DNA of 64,000 nucleotides from Ignisphaera sp. (GCA_038821645.1 JAWBDT010000007.1:11667-75666); one strand, 5' to 3'. Shown: positions 29,657-39,971, counted from the stretch's first letter. Translations and numbers: made by a program. The notes: generated by a model from the sequence alone, not told the origin.

Positions 29657-30580
29657 ATGAAGATAATAAACATTAGTATAGATCTAGACTTCGAGTTACT
29701 TTTTTACCCATCTTTTGCATTACCGCTACTTGATGTACATAGAGATAAAGTAAGGAAGCGTTGGGGTAATTGCGCAGGACTCGTGATAGAAAAAAATAAC
29801 GATAAAATTAAGCTATATCACAGTAGAACAGAATGTTTAGAGTATGCAGAAGAAATTCTAGGTCTATGGTCTCTACCAAAACGTATAGCGTCTAATGTTA
29901 GTAGAAGATATAGAGATTTTGTTGAAAGACTTGTTGAAAAATATGAATGGTTTGGTATAGCCACGTCTTCTCAAGATGATGTAGAAATATTTTCATCTAT
30001 ACTTCTATCTAAAAACACAAACTTTCATACAAATGTTGTTAGATGGATTAGAAATATGTTAGAGAGGTATGGCTGTGTATCTGCTTTATTGAATATTGAT
30101 ATGAGAGAAATCTCAGAATATATTGGTAAGAGTTACCAGATCTATGAACTAATGTATGTCTTAAGGATATACATGAAGTTAAGAGACAATATACTATCGC
30201 TAAACGATGCATATTTGCTCAAAAAGCTTCTCTTAGGCATAAAGGGTGTGGGTCTAAAGGTCTTTAACGCATATATGCTTTTCGTGAAAAAGAATACATT
30301 CTATGCCCCTATAGACAGAAATTTGGTAAATTTTCTAAAGAGGTTTGAATTAACATCAAATATTGTTGTAGAAATACCGAGAAAAGACTTGTGTAAAAAA
30401 TACATATGTAACTCATGTGTCTTAAAATATACATGTTCATATTACAGGTTTCAAGAAGCGTTTAAAGAATTATCAGGATGGATTCAAACAATAGCGTATG
30501 TGTATAACAAAACTAGATGTAGTAAAGCATTGTGTTCTACCTGTATACTAAAGGACTTATGTAGAGAAAGAAAGATATGA
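29657..30580 (+). CDS. HhH-GPD superfamily DNA glycosylase-like protein with two Cys clusters
   Basis: HhH LLGIKGVGLK, downstream PID aspartate, two Cx4Cx2Cx5C motifs. Confidence 0.7.
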   Translation: MKIINISIDLDFELLFYPSFALPLLDVHRDKVRKRWGNCAGLVIEKNNDKIKLYHSRTECLEYAEEILGLWSLPKRIASNVSRRYRDFVERLVEKYEWFGIATSSQDDVEIFSSILLSKNTNFHTNVVRWIRNMLERYGCVSALLNIDMREISEYIGKSYQIYELMYVLRIYMKLRDNILSLNDAYLLKKLLLGIKGVGLKVFNAYMLFVKKNTFYAPIDRNLVNFLKRFELTSNIVVEIPRKDLCKKYICNSCVLKYTCSYYRFQEAFKELSGWIQTIAYVYNKTRCSKALCSTCILKDLCRERKI

Positions 30581-30667
30581 ATATTTTGCTCAGCTAGGAA
30601 TCTAGTAATTACGTAGCAATTCAACAAACATTTTTTAGCTTGGAATAATATAAGTTTTGAGAAGAAT

Positions 30668-31399
30668 ATGAAGCCACTAACCATAGTGCTAGCTGAGTCA
30701 GGTATAGAACTTGTACCAAAATCTATTCAAAACCATCCATCAGTTATTAATAGTGCTAGAAGAAGGAATAAGGATCCTTCTCACATACTACTTGATATAT
30801 CTCTTCATTACAGAGCTATGAAAAAACTTAATGAATGGTATAAAAGAGGTAGACCAGATATTGTTCACATTTCTCTACTTAATGCATTTTCTAGTCCACT
30901 AAACATGGTAAAACTTTTGAGAGTATATGTTCATACATATGACGATAGAATAATCTATATACATCCTTCTACACGCATTCCTAGGAACTACAATAGATTC
31001 GTAGGTTTAATGGAGCAACTACTACTTGTTGGTAAAGTTCCTCCAGAGAGCACTAATCCTTTAATATTTATCGAGAAAAAACCTCTAACAGTATTTATAT
31101 CTGAAAAATCTTTTGATAGAATACTGATAATGCATGAAAAAGGTGACCTAATACCTCCAAATTCTTTAGGTAGATCAATAGCTAGAGATATGAAGAATGA
31201 TAGAAGTGTATGTATAATTATTGGAGCATTTCAACACGGAGATTTCAGAAGGGAGTTTTTAACATTATCTAGAGAACATGTATCGATATTTCCTAAACCC
31301 TTAGATGCATGGATAGTTGTATCCAGAGTTATTGAAGGTATTGAAAATACCTTAAACATATACTCAAAGAAATCACTAAGTATGAGCATAAACATTTAA
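30668..31399 (+). CDS. nep1: 16S rRNA pseudouridine N1-methyltransferase Nep1
   Basis: Motifs RGRPDIVH, RIPRNYNRFVGLMEQL, IGAFQHGDF. Confidence 0.93.
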   Translation: MKPLTIVLAESGIELVPKSIQNHPSVINSARRRNKDPSHILLDISLHYRAMKKLNEWYKRGRPDIVHISLLNAFSSPLNMVKLLRVYVHTYDDRIIYIHPSTRIPRNYNRFVGLMEQLLLVGKVPPESTNPLIFIEKKPLTVFISEKSFDRILIMHEKGDLIPPNSLGRSIARDMKNDRSVCIIIGAFQHGDFRREFLTLSREHVSIFPKPLDAWIVVSRVIEGIENTLNIYSKKSLSMSINI

Positions 31400-31454
31400 G
31401 TATTTAACAATGAAATGTGTCTCTATAGATAATTCATGATACGGTTATGCACAT

Positions 31455-31952
31455 ATGGATGGAGAAAGTGAGAAAGATGCTTTAATAAAATGTTGCACTT
31501 TTGTTGATACTCTTGTTGATATTGTTAAGCATCAAGATAACTGTATAGAAATTCTACTCGATTATTCTCTAACAAGATATCCTTACCTCTCTATCACATT
31601 ATACTTATTAGATTGTAAAAATATTCGAAACAGCTGGAGTAATCTACTGTATACAGATGTTTTAAGTATTACTATGAAGATAGAGACCCTATACAAAAAC
31701 AATATTAATTTATTTGAAGATATTATTTTACTTAAAATAGGCTGTGAAGATTCATGGCTTGAATATGGTTATGTTGTCTCTAAATCTTTTTCAGGTATAT
31801 ATAATGTGGTCAAGGGTTGGTCTATAGGTTGTAACGGTAAAAAGAATGTGTTGAAAGTATCTAGAGAAGATATATGTGGAAATATTTTAGAATTAGTTGC
31901 AGAGATTGTAAGGAAAACTAAGATGATTATGGAGAGCGAAGGTATGATCTAA
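31455..31952 (+). CDS. Hypothetical protein
   Basis: 165-aa Cys-rich ORF filling the gap, no motif recognised. Confidence 0.55.
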   Translation: MDGESEKDALIKCCTFVDTLVDIVKHQDNCIEILLDYSLTRYPYLSITLYLLDCKNIRNSWSNLLYTDVLSITMKIETLYKNNINLFEDIILLKIGCEDSWLEYGYVVSKSFSGIYNVVKGWSIGCNGKKNVLKVSREDICGNILELVAEIVRKTKMIMESEGMI

Positions 31953-32055
31953 TGTCTAACTAATGTTTTGCAAGATGTCAACTCTTTTAATAACTATCGT
32001 AAGACTATTATATCTCACTCTTACTTTAAGGCTTACGTAGTAGGTGGTACTAAAT

Positions 32056-33108
32056 ATGAATAAAAGCGGAATTATTGGATGGGGTGTTTATATACCTGTA
32101 TATCGTATTAAGGCTAAAGATATTGCATCTTTCTGGGGATATGATGAAGAATATGTGAATAGTATATGGATTGAGGAAAAAGCTGTAGGCAACATAGATG
32201 AAGATAGCGTTACGATAGGTTTTAGAGCAGCTCAGTATTCTATTAAAAGAGCTGGAATAGATCCTAGATCTATAGATGCTGTTTATCTAGGAACTGAGAG
32301 TAAGCCTTATGCAGTAAAACCTGGTGCAACAATTATAGCTGAAGCTTTAGGTGTGAAACCTACACATCTTGTTGCAGATCTAGAGTTCGCATGTAGAGCA
32401 GCATCAGAGGCTATAAGGATTGGTGTTTCGCTTGTTGAAAGCGGTCATGCAAAGTATGTCTTAGCTATAGGTTCTGATACAGCACAAGCAAGTCCTGGAG
32501 ATGTGCTAGAGTTCACAGTTAGTAGTGGAGGTGCCGCATATATAATTGGACCATATAGTGAATCTGTAGCTATATTCGAAGGTATGGTTACATATTCTAC
32601 AGATACACCAGACTTCTGGAGAAGGGATGGAGCTCCTTATCCAAGACATGGAGAAGGTTTCACAGGTGAACCTGCATATTTCAGCCATATAGTTTCAGCA
32701 GCTAAGATGTTAATGGAGAATCTGGGTCTAAAGCCCTCAGATTTCGATTACGCAGTATTTCATCAACCAAATGGTAGATTTCCTTTAAGAGTAGCGTCTA
32801 TGATTGGTATACCGAAAGAGAAGGTGTTGCCTGGGATAGTAACACCATGGATTGGAAACACATATAATGCTTCAATGCTCATAGGTTTAGCGAAAATTCT
32901 TGAAGAAGCAAAGCCAAATCAAAGAGTTTTAGCTGTATCTTTTGGAAGTGGTGCTGGTAGTGATGCATTTAGCATACTCATTACCGATAAAGTACTAGAG
33001 GCTGTGGATAAAGCTCCAAGAGTAAAGTACTTCTTAGAGAATAAAAAGTATGTGAAGTATCATGAATATGCTAAAATGAGGAGCCTACTATCCATGTATA
33101 GAATTTAG
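32056..33108 (+). CDS. Hydroxymethylglutaryl-CoA synthase (archaeal)
   Basis: Motifs DEDS, GTESKPYAVKP, EFACRA, FHQPNG.FP, GNTY, SFGSGAGSD. Confidence 0.93.
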   Translation: MNKSGIIGWGVYIPVYRIKAKDIASFWGYDEEYVNSIWIEEKAVGNIDEDSVTIGFRAAQYSIKRAGIDPRSIDAVYLGTESKPYAVKPGATIIAEALGVKPTHLVADLEFACRAASEAIRIGVSLVESGHAKYVLAIGSDTAQASPGDVLEFTVSSGGAAYIIGPYSESVAIFEGMVTYSTDTPDFWRRDGAPYPRHGEGFTGEPAYFSHIVSAAKMLMENLGLKPSDFDYAVFHQPNGRFPLRVASMIGIPKEKVLPGIVTPWIGNTYNASMLIGLAKILEEAKPNQRVLAVSFGSGAGSDAFSILITDKVLEAVDKAPRVKYFLENKKYVKYHEYAKMRSLLSMYRI

Positions 33109-33257
33109 CACTTATAACCATCTATACAGAGGCCAAGTCTTTTAGCTATTGTACATAGACTATTTAGACCAACTATGGCTTTACCTTTTCTTTCGGTCCT
33201 AATTACAGCAATCTTACCCAAAATATTTACAGAAGCTTTTTCACATTTATCTACCAT
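33105..33257 (-). CDS. Small hypothetical protein, 50 aa (below the ORF-track cut-off)
   Basis: MVDKCEKASVNILGKIAVIRTERKGKAIVGLNSLCTIAKRLGLCIDGYKC*; fills the gap and its stop overlaps the HMG-CoA synthase stop. Confidence 0.65.
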   Translation of the reverse strand: MVDKCEKASVNILGKIAVIRTERKGKAIVGLNSLCTIAKRLGLCIDGYKC

Positions 33258-33319
33258 ATATCTCTAAACCCTTCAATCAGTATAATTACCGAAATTCTCT
33301 AAGAGAATATTGTATACAT

Positions 33320-33799
33320 TTAGAACAGATCTTCATCTTCTATGTATTCGCTTTCCTCATATTCCTCATGATGCTCCAACGTATCTGTTGAAAATCTTAA
33401 ACCACTTTTCTCAAAAATCTTGAGGGCTTCACCAAGAGGTAGACCAGTTTTCCTGAGTTTTGCCGCCATAGAGCCCCATCTAGATCTAAACTTTGATGGA
33501 ACTAGAGGTCTTACTCTTTTTGCTGTTTTTCTAGGCACATAGTTTTGATCCATGCCTGGAAGCCCGAAAGCACCGTCGGGTAGCTCAACAATTTCATCTC
33601 TTTCTATAAGTCTTATCAGTATCTTTCTAAGCCTGTCCTCACCTGCAATACCACTAAATCTCTCTCTAAGCTCTCTCCAGACTAGAGGTCTTCCAGCAGA
33701 TTTAATGTATTCTTTAACAAGCCTTTCTAACTCCTCTTCTGTAGGTGCCTTAAATACCTCTACATCTTCATCTTCATAAAGTTTCTTAAGCTTCACCAT
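33320..33799 (-). CDS. Conserved winged-helix-like protein with acidic tail
   Basis: RPL.WRELR..F.GIAGEDRLRK.L..L; GGTGA RBS. Confidence 0.75.
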   Translation of the reverse strand: MVKLKKLYEDEDVEVFKAPTEEELERLVKEYIKSAGRPLVWRELRERFSGIAGEDRLRKILIRLIERDEIVELPDGAFGLPGMDQNYVPRKTAKRVRPLVPSKFRSRWGSMAAKLRKTGLPLGEALKIFEKSGLRFSTDTLEHHEEYEESEYIEDEDLF

Positions 33800-33933
33800 C
33801 TACTCACCTAATACAGTATATGCATTAAGGTTTATAAACTTTCTTATCATGAATAGTAAAAACGCCTATATATTTTAATCATTTTTTCTCCTGCTTATAT
33901 ATTATCACAATACTATGATATCTATGGATAACT

Positions 33934-34242
33934 ATGAATGAAGAAACAATCAAACTTATAGTAATTGGAACCAGACCTGAAGATATTGTTAGATGCATCA
34001 TTATAGCTAGTAAAGCCAGGAAATATGTTCGGCATTATGCTAATGTACATATATTTCTAGCATCAAATTCCAAAGGCTTTAGCGGTATTGCTGTTGAAGA
34101 CGAGGTCTTTGTTGAATGTATAGATGAAGAAGAATCATTGGAGCAGATAATAGATGGCATATCTAGAGTAGTATCGAAAAGAAAATTTATGGGAGTTCCA
34201 CTAGCAGCAGGAGTAACAGATGAAGAGATAGAAACTTGGTAA
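33934..34242 (+). CDS. Hypothetical protein
   Basis: 102-aa ORF divergent from the upstream gene. Confidence 0.55.
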   Translation: MNEETIKLIVIGTRPEDIVRCIIIASKARKYVRHYANVHIFLASNSKGFSGIAVEDEVFVECIDEEESLEQIIDGISRVVSKRKFMGVPLAAGVTDEEIETW

Positions 34243-34374
34243 AGAACTATTAGAGATATATTAAGTATCAAGATTTAGATGCATCATATCTTTGTACCTT
34301 AAAGCATATATACTTTTCAGATATAAAAGTCTGGGAAACAGTATATACCTAGGATACAAAAAACGTTTTTACAG

Positions 34375-35112
34375 GTGTGTATAATGTCTGAATCCATAGA
34401 GTATTCAGGACTAGTAGTAGAGCTACTGTCTAGTCTTAAGAGATTCCTAAAATTCAAAGAACTTGAAAATATCTTAGAGATCTCTATACCGACTCTTTGG
34501 AGATACATACATGGTGATATAAAGCCTACAGAAGATAGAGCAAAAAACATGCTTATGAAGTTACTCAGCAAACCCGTAATAGACATAGTTATGTCTAGGA
34601 TCGTCAAAATGGTTGATAGTGATGTAGTGAATCTATATAGTATTGTATACAATATAGATGTACTGACTTTAGCATCTATAGACGCTTTATTATGGAGCAA
34701 AGACCTAGGTCTTACAGCTGTAGTAACAGTTGAGGTTGATGGGATATCTCTTGCAACAATGATTGCAAAAAGGCTAGGAACAAAATTAATTGTTATTAAG
34801 AGAAGAAAGGAGGTGGGATTCGATAAATTTATAGAGTTAAGCTACGTTACATCAATGCCTCCAGAAGTAGTTACATTATATCTACCTGAAGGTGTACTTG
34901 GATATGGAGATAGGGTTCTAGTTGTAGATGATCTTGTTAGAAGTGGAAGAACAAGTGGAGCTGTATGTGAATTAGTTAAGAAAAGTGGCGCAAAAGCTGT
35001 AGGATTCTATGCTCTTACAAGCATAGGGAACACATGGAAAAAAATTGTGAGTCAATACGTAGGTGAACACTACAAATCACTATTTGAGTTAAAGGCTCCT
35101 AATGAAGTGTAG
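34375..35112 (+). CDS. HTH-phosphoribosyltransferase fusion (archaeal PurR/Apt-like)
   Basis: N-terminal HTH (ISIPTLWRYIHG..P), PRPP motif VLVVDDLVRSGRT. Confidence 0.85.
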   Translation: MCIMSESIEYSGLVVELLSSLKRFLKFKELENILEISIPTLWRYIHGDIKPTEDRAKNMLMKLLSKPVIDIVMSRIVKMVDSDVVNLYSIVYNIDVLTLASIDALLWSKDLGLTAVVTVEVDGISLATMIAKRLGTKLIVIKRRKEVGFDKFIELSYVTSMPPEVVTLYLPEGVLGYGDRVLVVDDLVRSGRTSGAVCELVKKSGAKAVGFYALTSIGNTWKKIVSQYVGEHYKSLFELKAPNEV

Positions 35113-35788
35113 TCAACAAGGTATATTATCATATACATTACTTAACGATGTCAAGGCTATGGAGAAGATATTCGAGATCTATATAGTTACTAATATTGAT
35201 ATAATCTCATGTAGACAAATCCTACAAGTTATAGAGAGTCATAAGAGAAAGGTGCATCTGTTATGTGGAGGCCTTGGAGCATGTATAGATGTTATTCAGG
35301 TAATCGATAAAGGTGTTGGTATAACAAAAATACATGATGATGATTATATAACTAAATTACTTAAGCAATATGGTCATTATTCATCAGGTAAGTGGATCTC
35401 TATAGAAGGATTGTGTATAGCTGGTATAGATGCTAAAAATCCCATCCAAAATATGGAAAGGATATCAAATACTCTACCTAGAGATTGTGAGATATATTTA
35501 ATATTTTCGACCTATAATTTAACTAACACAAAATGTGAAAAGAGTAAGGTGATGGGAAGAGAGATAGATATAGGTTTACCCAAAGATGTAATTACAAGAT
35601 TTTTAGAGGGTGTTGAAAAACCATTGATATATGTCTCTTGCTCAGACTTAGCTAATGATACATGTATATATACTTTAAAAAAGAATATGATTTATGTAGC
35701 TATATCGAAATATTGTCAATTAACTGGATTGAAAATTAATAAAAAAGATGCTGAAGTATTTATTGAAGTAAACGAAGTGTTGTGTTAG
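35102..35788 (+). CDS. Hypothetical protein, degenerate metallophosphoesterase-like
   Basis: Spacing of IVTNID / LCGGL / TKIHDD resembles the D.H / GD / GNHD motifs, with ligands lost. Confidence 0.5.
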   Translation: MKCSQQGILSYTLLNDVKAMEKIFEIYIVTNIDIISCRQILQVIESHKRKVHLLCGGLGACIDVIQVIDKGVGITKIHDDDYITKLLKQYGHYSSGKWISIEGLCIAGIDAKNPIQNMERISNTLPRDCEIYLIFSTYNLTNTKCEKSKVMGREIDIGLPKDVITRFLEGVEKPLIYVSCSDLANDTCIYTLKKNMIYVAISKYCQLTGLKINKKDAEVFIEVNEVLC

Positions 35789-35900
35789 TGTCTAGGTTAT
35801 AGAACGTCAACACTTATATATCTTAAAATCTGTCAAAATGATGTGCAACGCTATAGTCACCTATACTCATACTCTTAAGATGCTGTGATGGTGAACAATA

Positions 35901-36422
35901 ATGTCTATAGATGTTAATGAGTATGTGAAAATAAGACCTGCAACGAGAGATGATCTAGATGATATTATAGCAATCAATATAGAATGTCTACCTGAACACT
36001 ATCCATATAGCTTCTGGTTAGAGCATTTAGAGAAATGGAGCGATATATTCTATGTAGCTGAGGTTAATGGCCATATCGTTGGTTATACGCTTTCAAGAAT
36101 TGAGGAAGGAGTAACTTTTTGCAAAGGCGGGAAAGGTAGAATAGGACATATAGTTAGTGTGGCTGTAAAAGAAGAGTATAGAGGTAGAGGTTTAGCTACG
36201 GCAATGCTATCTGCAGTAATGTATGTTCTTCAAAACATGTATAATGTCGAGGAAATTCATCTAGAGGTACGCATCAGCAATACTAAAGCTATAAGGCTTT
36301 ACGAGAAACTAGGATTCATTAAGATGGCTCAGATTAAGAATTACTATCTCGATGGCGAAGACTCGTACATAATGGTAAAGAATCTAGCTCCTACACCATG
36401 CAGAGCTAAACCTGTAGAATAG
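35901..36422 (+). CDS. rimI: N-terminal acetyltransferase (Ard1/RimI family)
   Basis: Motifs LPEHYP, GHIVSVAV...RGRG, LEVRISN..AIRLYEKLGF, YYLDGED. Confidence 0.9.
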   Translation: MSIDVNEYVKIRPATRDDLDDIIAINIECLPEHYPYSFWLEHLEKWSDIFYVAEVNGHIVGYTLSRIEEGVTFCKGGKGRIGHIVSVAVKEEYRGRGLATAMLSAVMYVLQNMYNVEEIHLEVRISNTKAIRLYEKLGFIKMAQIKNYYLDGEDSYIMVKNLAPTPCRAKPVE

Positions 36423-36438
36423 CTATAGGCTGTAAACA

Positions 36439-37308
36439 ATGTATACAAGAATTATAACAAGATTCTGCAATTCTATACATTTAGAAAAGTATCCAGTTGT
36501 AATGATTAGAAGAAATGAATTAGCCATAAGGATAAGCTATAGCTATCTATCAGTCTCTGATATATGTATAGCAAATTGTTTCTTAGTGGCATCATCGCAT
36601 AAACCCATGGGTTCTATTTCTATAGGACGTGTTATTCATAGAGGTGTAGATGTAGAAAATATTTATGAAGGAATGAGAGTTGCCTTGTTTCCAATTAATT
36701 CACCTCTGTATCTAGAAACTCTAGGAGGAGCACAAGAGGTAGCAGTAATAGATCATCACTATGTTAAGTCTGCTGAACTTAGGAACTATAACGATATAGA
36801 AACAATGTTGATAGCAGCCTTATCTGTAGAAGGTGGTGCTGTAGACTTGGTTAAGGGAAAGGATGTTTTAATCATAGGTAATGATATTTCTATACTTACT
36901 TTTGCATATTATGCATCACGATACTCATGTAGAATAGGAATAATACCCAAACTAACTATAAACAGTAAGGTCCTTAAAGGTGAACATGTGTCTCTACATA
37001 ATTCGGATAGAAAATTCGAAACGATTATAGTAGCTACACCAGATCCTATGGCCATCTGCTTAGCTATAAAGAATTTGGCAACCCATAAAGCCACAATAGT
37101 ACTTTATCCACATCTACACAAACTTCTAAACGGGATTTGTATCAACAATAAAGAGGTAAAGATAATAACTATTGCGCTAGGAGACATGCAGATAGGAGCT
37201 GAAGTTTTTGAAAATTTTAAGGAGCTCTTGATGAAGGAGATAACAATTGTTGATCCTGAAGATTTGACAAAACATATTTCTAGACCTCTAATTCTGAGAT
37301 TTAGATGA
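36439..37308 (+). CDS. Hypothetical protein, degenerate Zn-dependent alcohol dehydrogenase (MDR) fold
   Basis: GroES-like pattern (SVSD...PMG...GRV...G.DV....GMRV) without the C/GHE Zn ligands. Confidence 0.55.
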   Translation: MYTRIITRFCNSIHLEKYPVVMIRRNELAIRISYSYLSVSDICIANCFLVASSHKPMGSISIGRVIHRGVDVENIYEGMRVALFPINSPLYLETLGGAQEVAVIDHHYVKSAELRNYNDIETMLIAALSVEGGAVDLVKGKDVLIIGNDISILTFAYYASRYSCRIGIIPKLTINSKVLKGEHVSLHNSDRKFETIIVATPDPMAICLAIKNLATHKATIVLYPHLHKLLNGICINNKEVKIITIALGDMQIGAEVFENFKELLMKEITIVDPEDLTKHISRPLILRFR

Positions 37309-38850
37309 TAAATAATTAAATCGATACTCAAAATATTTAAGATTAAATCCTATATCCACTACTTCTGTCCAGGGGGGCTCCTCTCTCCAGCCAGTATAGA
37401 TGTAGGTGTAGTTGCCTCTAGATTTGATGAGTTTTATTAATGTCGAAGGAGAACATAACTTAAATGCACATTCAATTATAATAGATGAGATATTTCTATC
37501 GCCTTGAGCAAGTATCGCCTGTACAAAACCCCATTTACTGTCCATAGCATCGAGACGTACAAAACTATAGTTTTTAAGAAGCTCTCTATACCTTTTTATT
37601 TTATCGGCATTATTCATGACATGTATTGGTGGAACATATTGGTAAGGAGTCCAAGGTTTCGGTATGAGGATGTTTATTGATATCTCGAGAAAATGGTATC
37701 TTTTGATAATTCTTAGTTTATCCATAAGGATTCTTAAATAATTCATTTCTTCATTGATATCTAGTTGAGGAAACCCGGTAATGAGGTACATTTTTACATG
37801 TTCATACCCTACTTTATATGCATTAATAATTATCTCTGAAATTCTGTCTATATCTGAACACTTACCTATGTTGCAACCAAACCTCTTGACAAGTGTTTCA
37901 GGAGCTATAGTTATGGTCTTCTGACCTAGATTGTATAACATTTTTAAGCGCTCTTCATTAACATGGTCTGGCCTTAGTGAAGGCGCGCTTACACTTATTT
38001 TATTCTCATAGAGTTGTTCTAGTAGTTTATCGATATATGGAATACTGAATAAAGATAATGAATAAAATATAACTCGTCTTGCTAAAGTATTGAATCTAAA
38101 TCCACTCTCTATAATGTTCTTTACAACATTTTCAGATCTATATCTAAAGGGATAAAGTAGATGTCCCTCCATACAGAAAGGACATAGATAGGGACAACCT
38201 CTTGATATCTCGATACGTATTCCATATCCATATATAGGTTCCTCTTCTGGGGAACATACTTGTCGGACTGGATGATATGCCGCATCGAGAGATTCTACAA
38301 TGCATCTTTTAACTTTTGAGTTAAATGGTGAAATGGCTATGCAATTTATGTCCTCTAGCCTCTTCAAAGGTCTATCATCTTTAACAGCATCAACAATTCT
38401 ATCTAAAACATTTTCAGCTTCACCTATTACAACAGCATCAACAATTTCTGTTAAAGGTAATGGATTAGCTGTAGGTGCTATGCCACCGGCAATAATTAAT
38501 GGTTTTGTATTTTTTCTGTACCTAGGTAGTAGATTTAAAGCTCCAAGAACTTTAGCTATGTTTATGTAATCGAGTTCAAAAGATAGTGATACTAAAAGTG
38601 CATCAAGATATCGAGGATCAATGTCTTGATCAAGAGACTCAAGAACATCCTCATCTATGTTGTACACATATCGATACGCTATAGCATCATCCAAATTATT
38701 TATATATTCATAAGCAAGATGCATAAATAGAGAACTAGAAGCAGCTCTATAAGGAATAGGGATAAGTATACCTATCTTAGTGTCTTTTGGTTTTCCTTTT
38801 TTGTTCACTTTATTCAATTCTTTTCTAGGTCTAAAAACCATCACGGTCAT
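37288..38850 (-). CDS. B12-binding-type radical SAM protein (COG1032-like)
   Basis: AGG.APTANP, IGEAE, EISRGCPYLCPFC, SLRPD, TIAPE, PKPWTP. Confidence 0.85.
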   Translation of the reverse strand: MTVMVFRPRKELNKVNKKGKPKDTKIGILIPIPYRAASSSLFMHLAYEYINNLDDAIAYRYVYNIDEDVLESLDQDIDPRYLDALLVSLSFELDYINIAKVLGALNLLPRYRKNTKPLIIAGGIAPTANPLPLTEIVDAVVIGEAENVLDRIVDAVKDDRPLKRLEDINCIAISPFNSKVKRCIVESLDAAYHPVRQVCSPEEEPIYGYGIRIEISRGCPYLCPFCMEGHLLYPFRYRSENVVKNIIESGFRFNTLARRVIFYSLSLFSIPYIDKLLEQLYENKISVSAPSLRPDHVNEERLKMLYNLGQKTITIAPETLVKRFGCNIGKCSDIDRISEIIINAYKVGYEHVKMYLITGFPQLDINEEMNYLRILMDKLRIIKRYHFLEISINILIPKPWTPYQYVPPIHVMNNADKIKRYRELLKNYSFVRLDAMDSKWGFVQAILAQGDRNISSIIIECAFKLCSPSTLIKLIKSRGNYTYIYTGWREEPPWTEVVDIGFNLKYFEYRFNYLSSKSQN

Positions 38851-38899
38851 TATAGATCTAGCTGACTATTAATTACAGAGATTATAATTCTTAGCATCA

Positions 38900-39325
38900 T
38901 CATCTATGTCTTTTTACAGTAGAAGTCTTCTTTAAGATATCTATAACAGAATCTAGACATTCACCTAGTATATCGCTATGCTTCTTCTTTATATGATCTT
39001 CAATTACTTGTACAGGGAGCTCTTCTTTACATATACCACATATAGCCATAGATGTATTGACTTTTCTAGCTATGGGTTTTAGCTTGAGAATTAAAGGAGC
39101 TGTATATTTCATTAAAACCCTTGATTTCATTGGTGAGCCTGTTTTTTCAATGATTCTCTGTACATAACCCCTAATCTGATGTTTACTTAAACCATACTTC
39201 ATAGCTATAGTGCTAGGACTAGCACCTTCTACGAAATAGTCGTAAAGAGCTTTCACAATCTCTTCTCTATTTGCTAACACCTTAAGTATCAGATATTCAA
39301 GTACAGATTCAGTAGAGCTCTTCAC
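38900..39325 (-). CDS. Putative regulator, HTH plus C2H2-type Zn finger
   Basis: SPSTIA.KYGLSKHQIRG helix-turn-helix; CGIC-x11-H-x4-H. Confidence 0.65.
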   Translation of the reverse strand: MKSSTESVLEYLILKVLANREEIVKALYDYFVEGASPSTIAMKYGLSKHQIRGYVQRIIEKTGSPMKSRVLMKYTAPLILKLKPIARKVNTSMAICGICKEELPVQVIEDHIKKKHSDILGECLDSVIDILKKTSTVKRHR

Positions 39326-39644
39326 ACTTTCCCCTTCTGCATACTTAACTTCATAAAAATTTTTAAACTGCGTAACGCAATCAATTTATAAACTTTTCCT
39401 TAATTCTCTACTAGAGATAATTATGTTGTACAAATAGTATATAAATATGTACATTATATAAATATTATATAAACATTTTGAATGTATTATCACACTAACT
39501 GAAAGTTATTAGGTGTATAAGAATCACATTATGTCAATGAAAATCACTATCAAGTCTCTATCATAATTTATGTATCATTGCTTAAGACTATAAGGTATAT
39601 ATGTAAGTACTACCAAATTATACTATGATACTTATGCACCATTA

Positions 39645-39947
39645 TTGTTTCGTGATAGGCGAATAATTATGAAAGAAAATGCTAATCAAATAATAGAGAT
39701 TGAAATTCCCCTAACAAAAGTGATTTCAATCAAAATTGATGTAGAGACATTAAATGAAACAGACATAATTTTCAAAAAGAAAGGATTTAGAAGTAGATCT
39801 GAACTAATTAGAGAAGCATTAGTCACATATATAGAGCTTTTAAAAAAATTTGATAGAGATGAATTAAAGAAAATAGTATCAGCATTACTATCAACAAATG
39901 ATGTGCATAAAAGAGATAAAAAAGATAAAGCTCCACAGCCTACATAG
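39645..39947 (+). CDS. Ribbon-helix-helix (CopG/NikR-type) protein
   Basis: VISIKID...D......GFRSRSELIREAL. Confidence 0.8.
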   Translation: MFRDRRIIMKENANQIIEIEIPLTKVISIKIDVETLNETDIIFKKKGFRSRSELIREALVTYIELLKKFDRDELKKIVSALLSTNDVHKRDKKDKAPQPT

Positions 39948-39971
39948 GATACAGGAGTTAATATGAATGTA

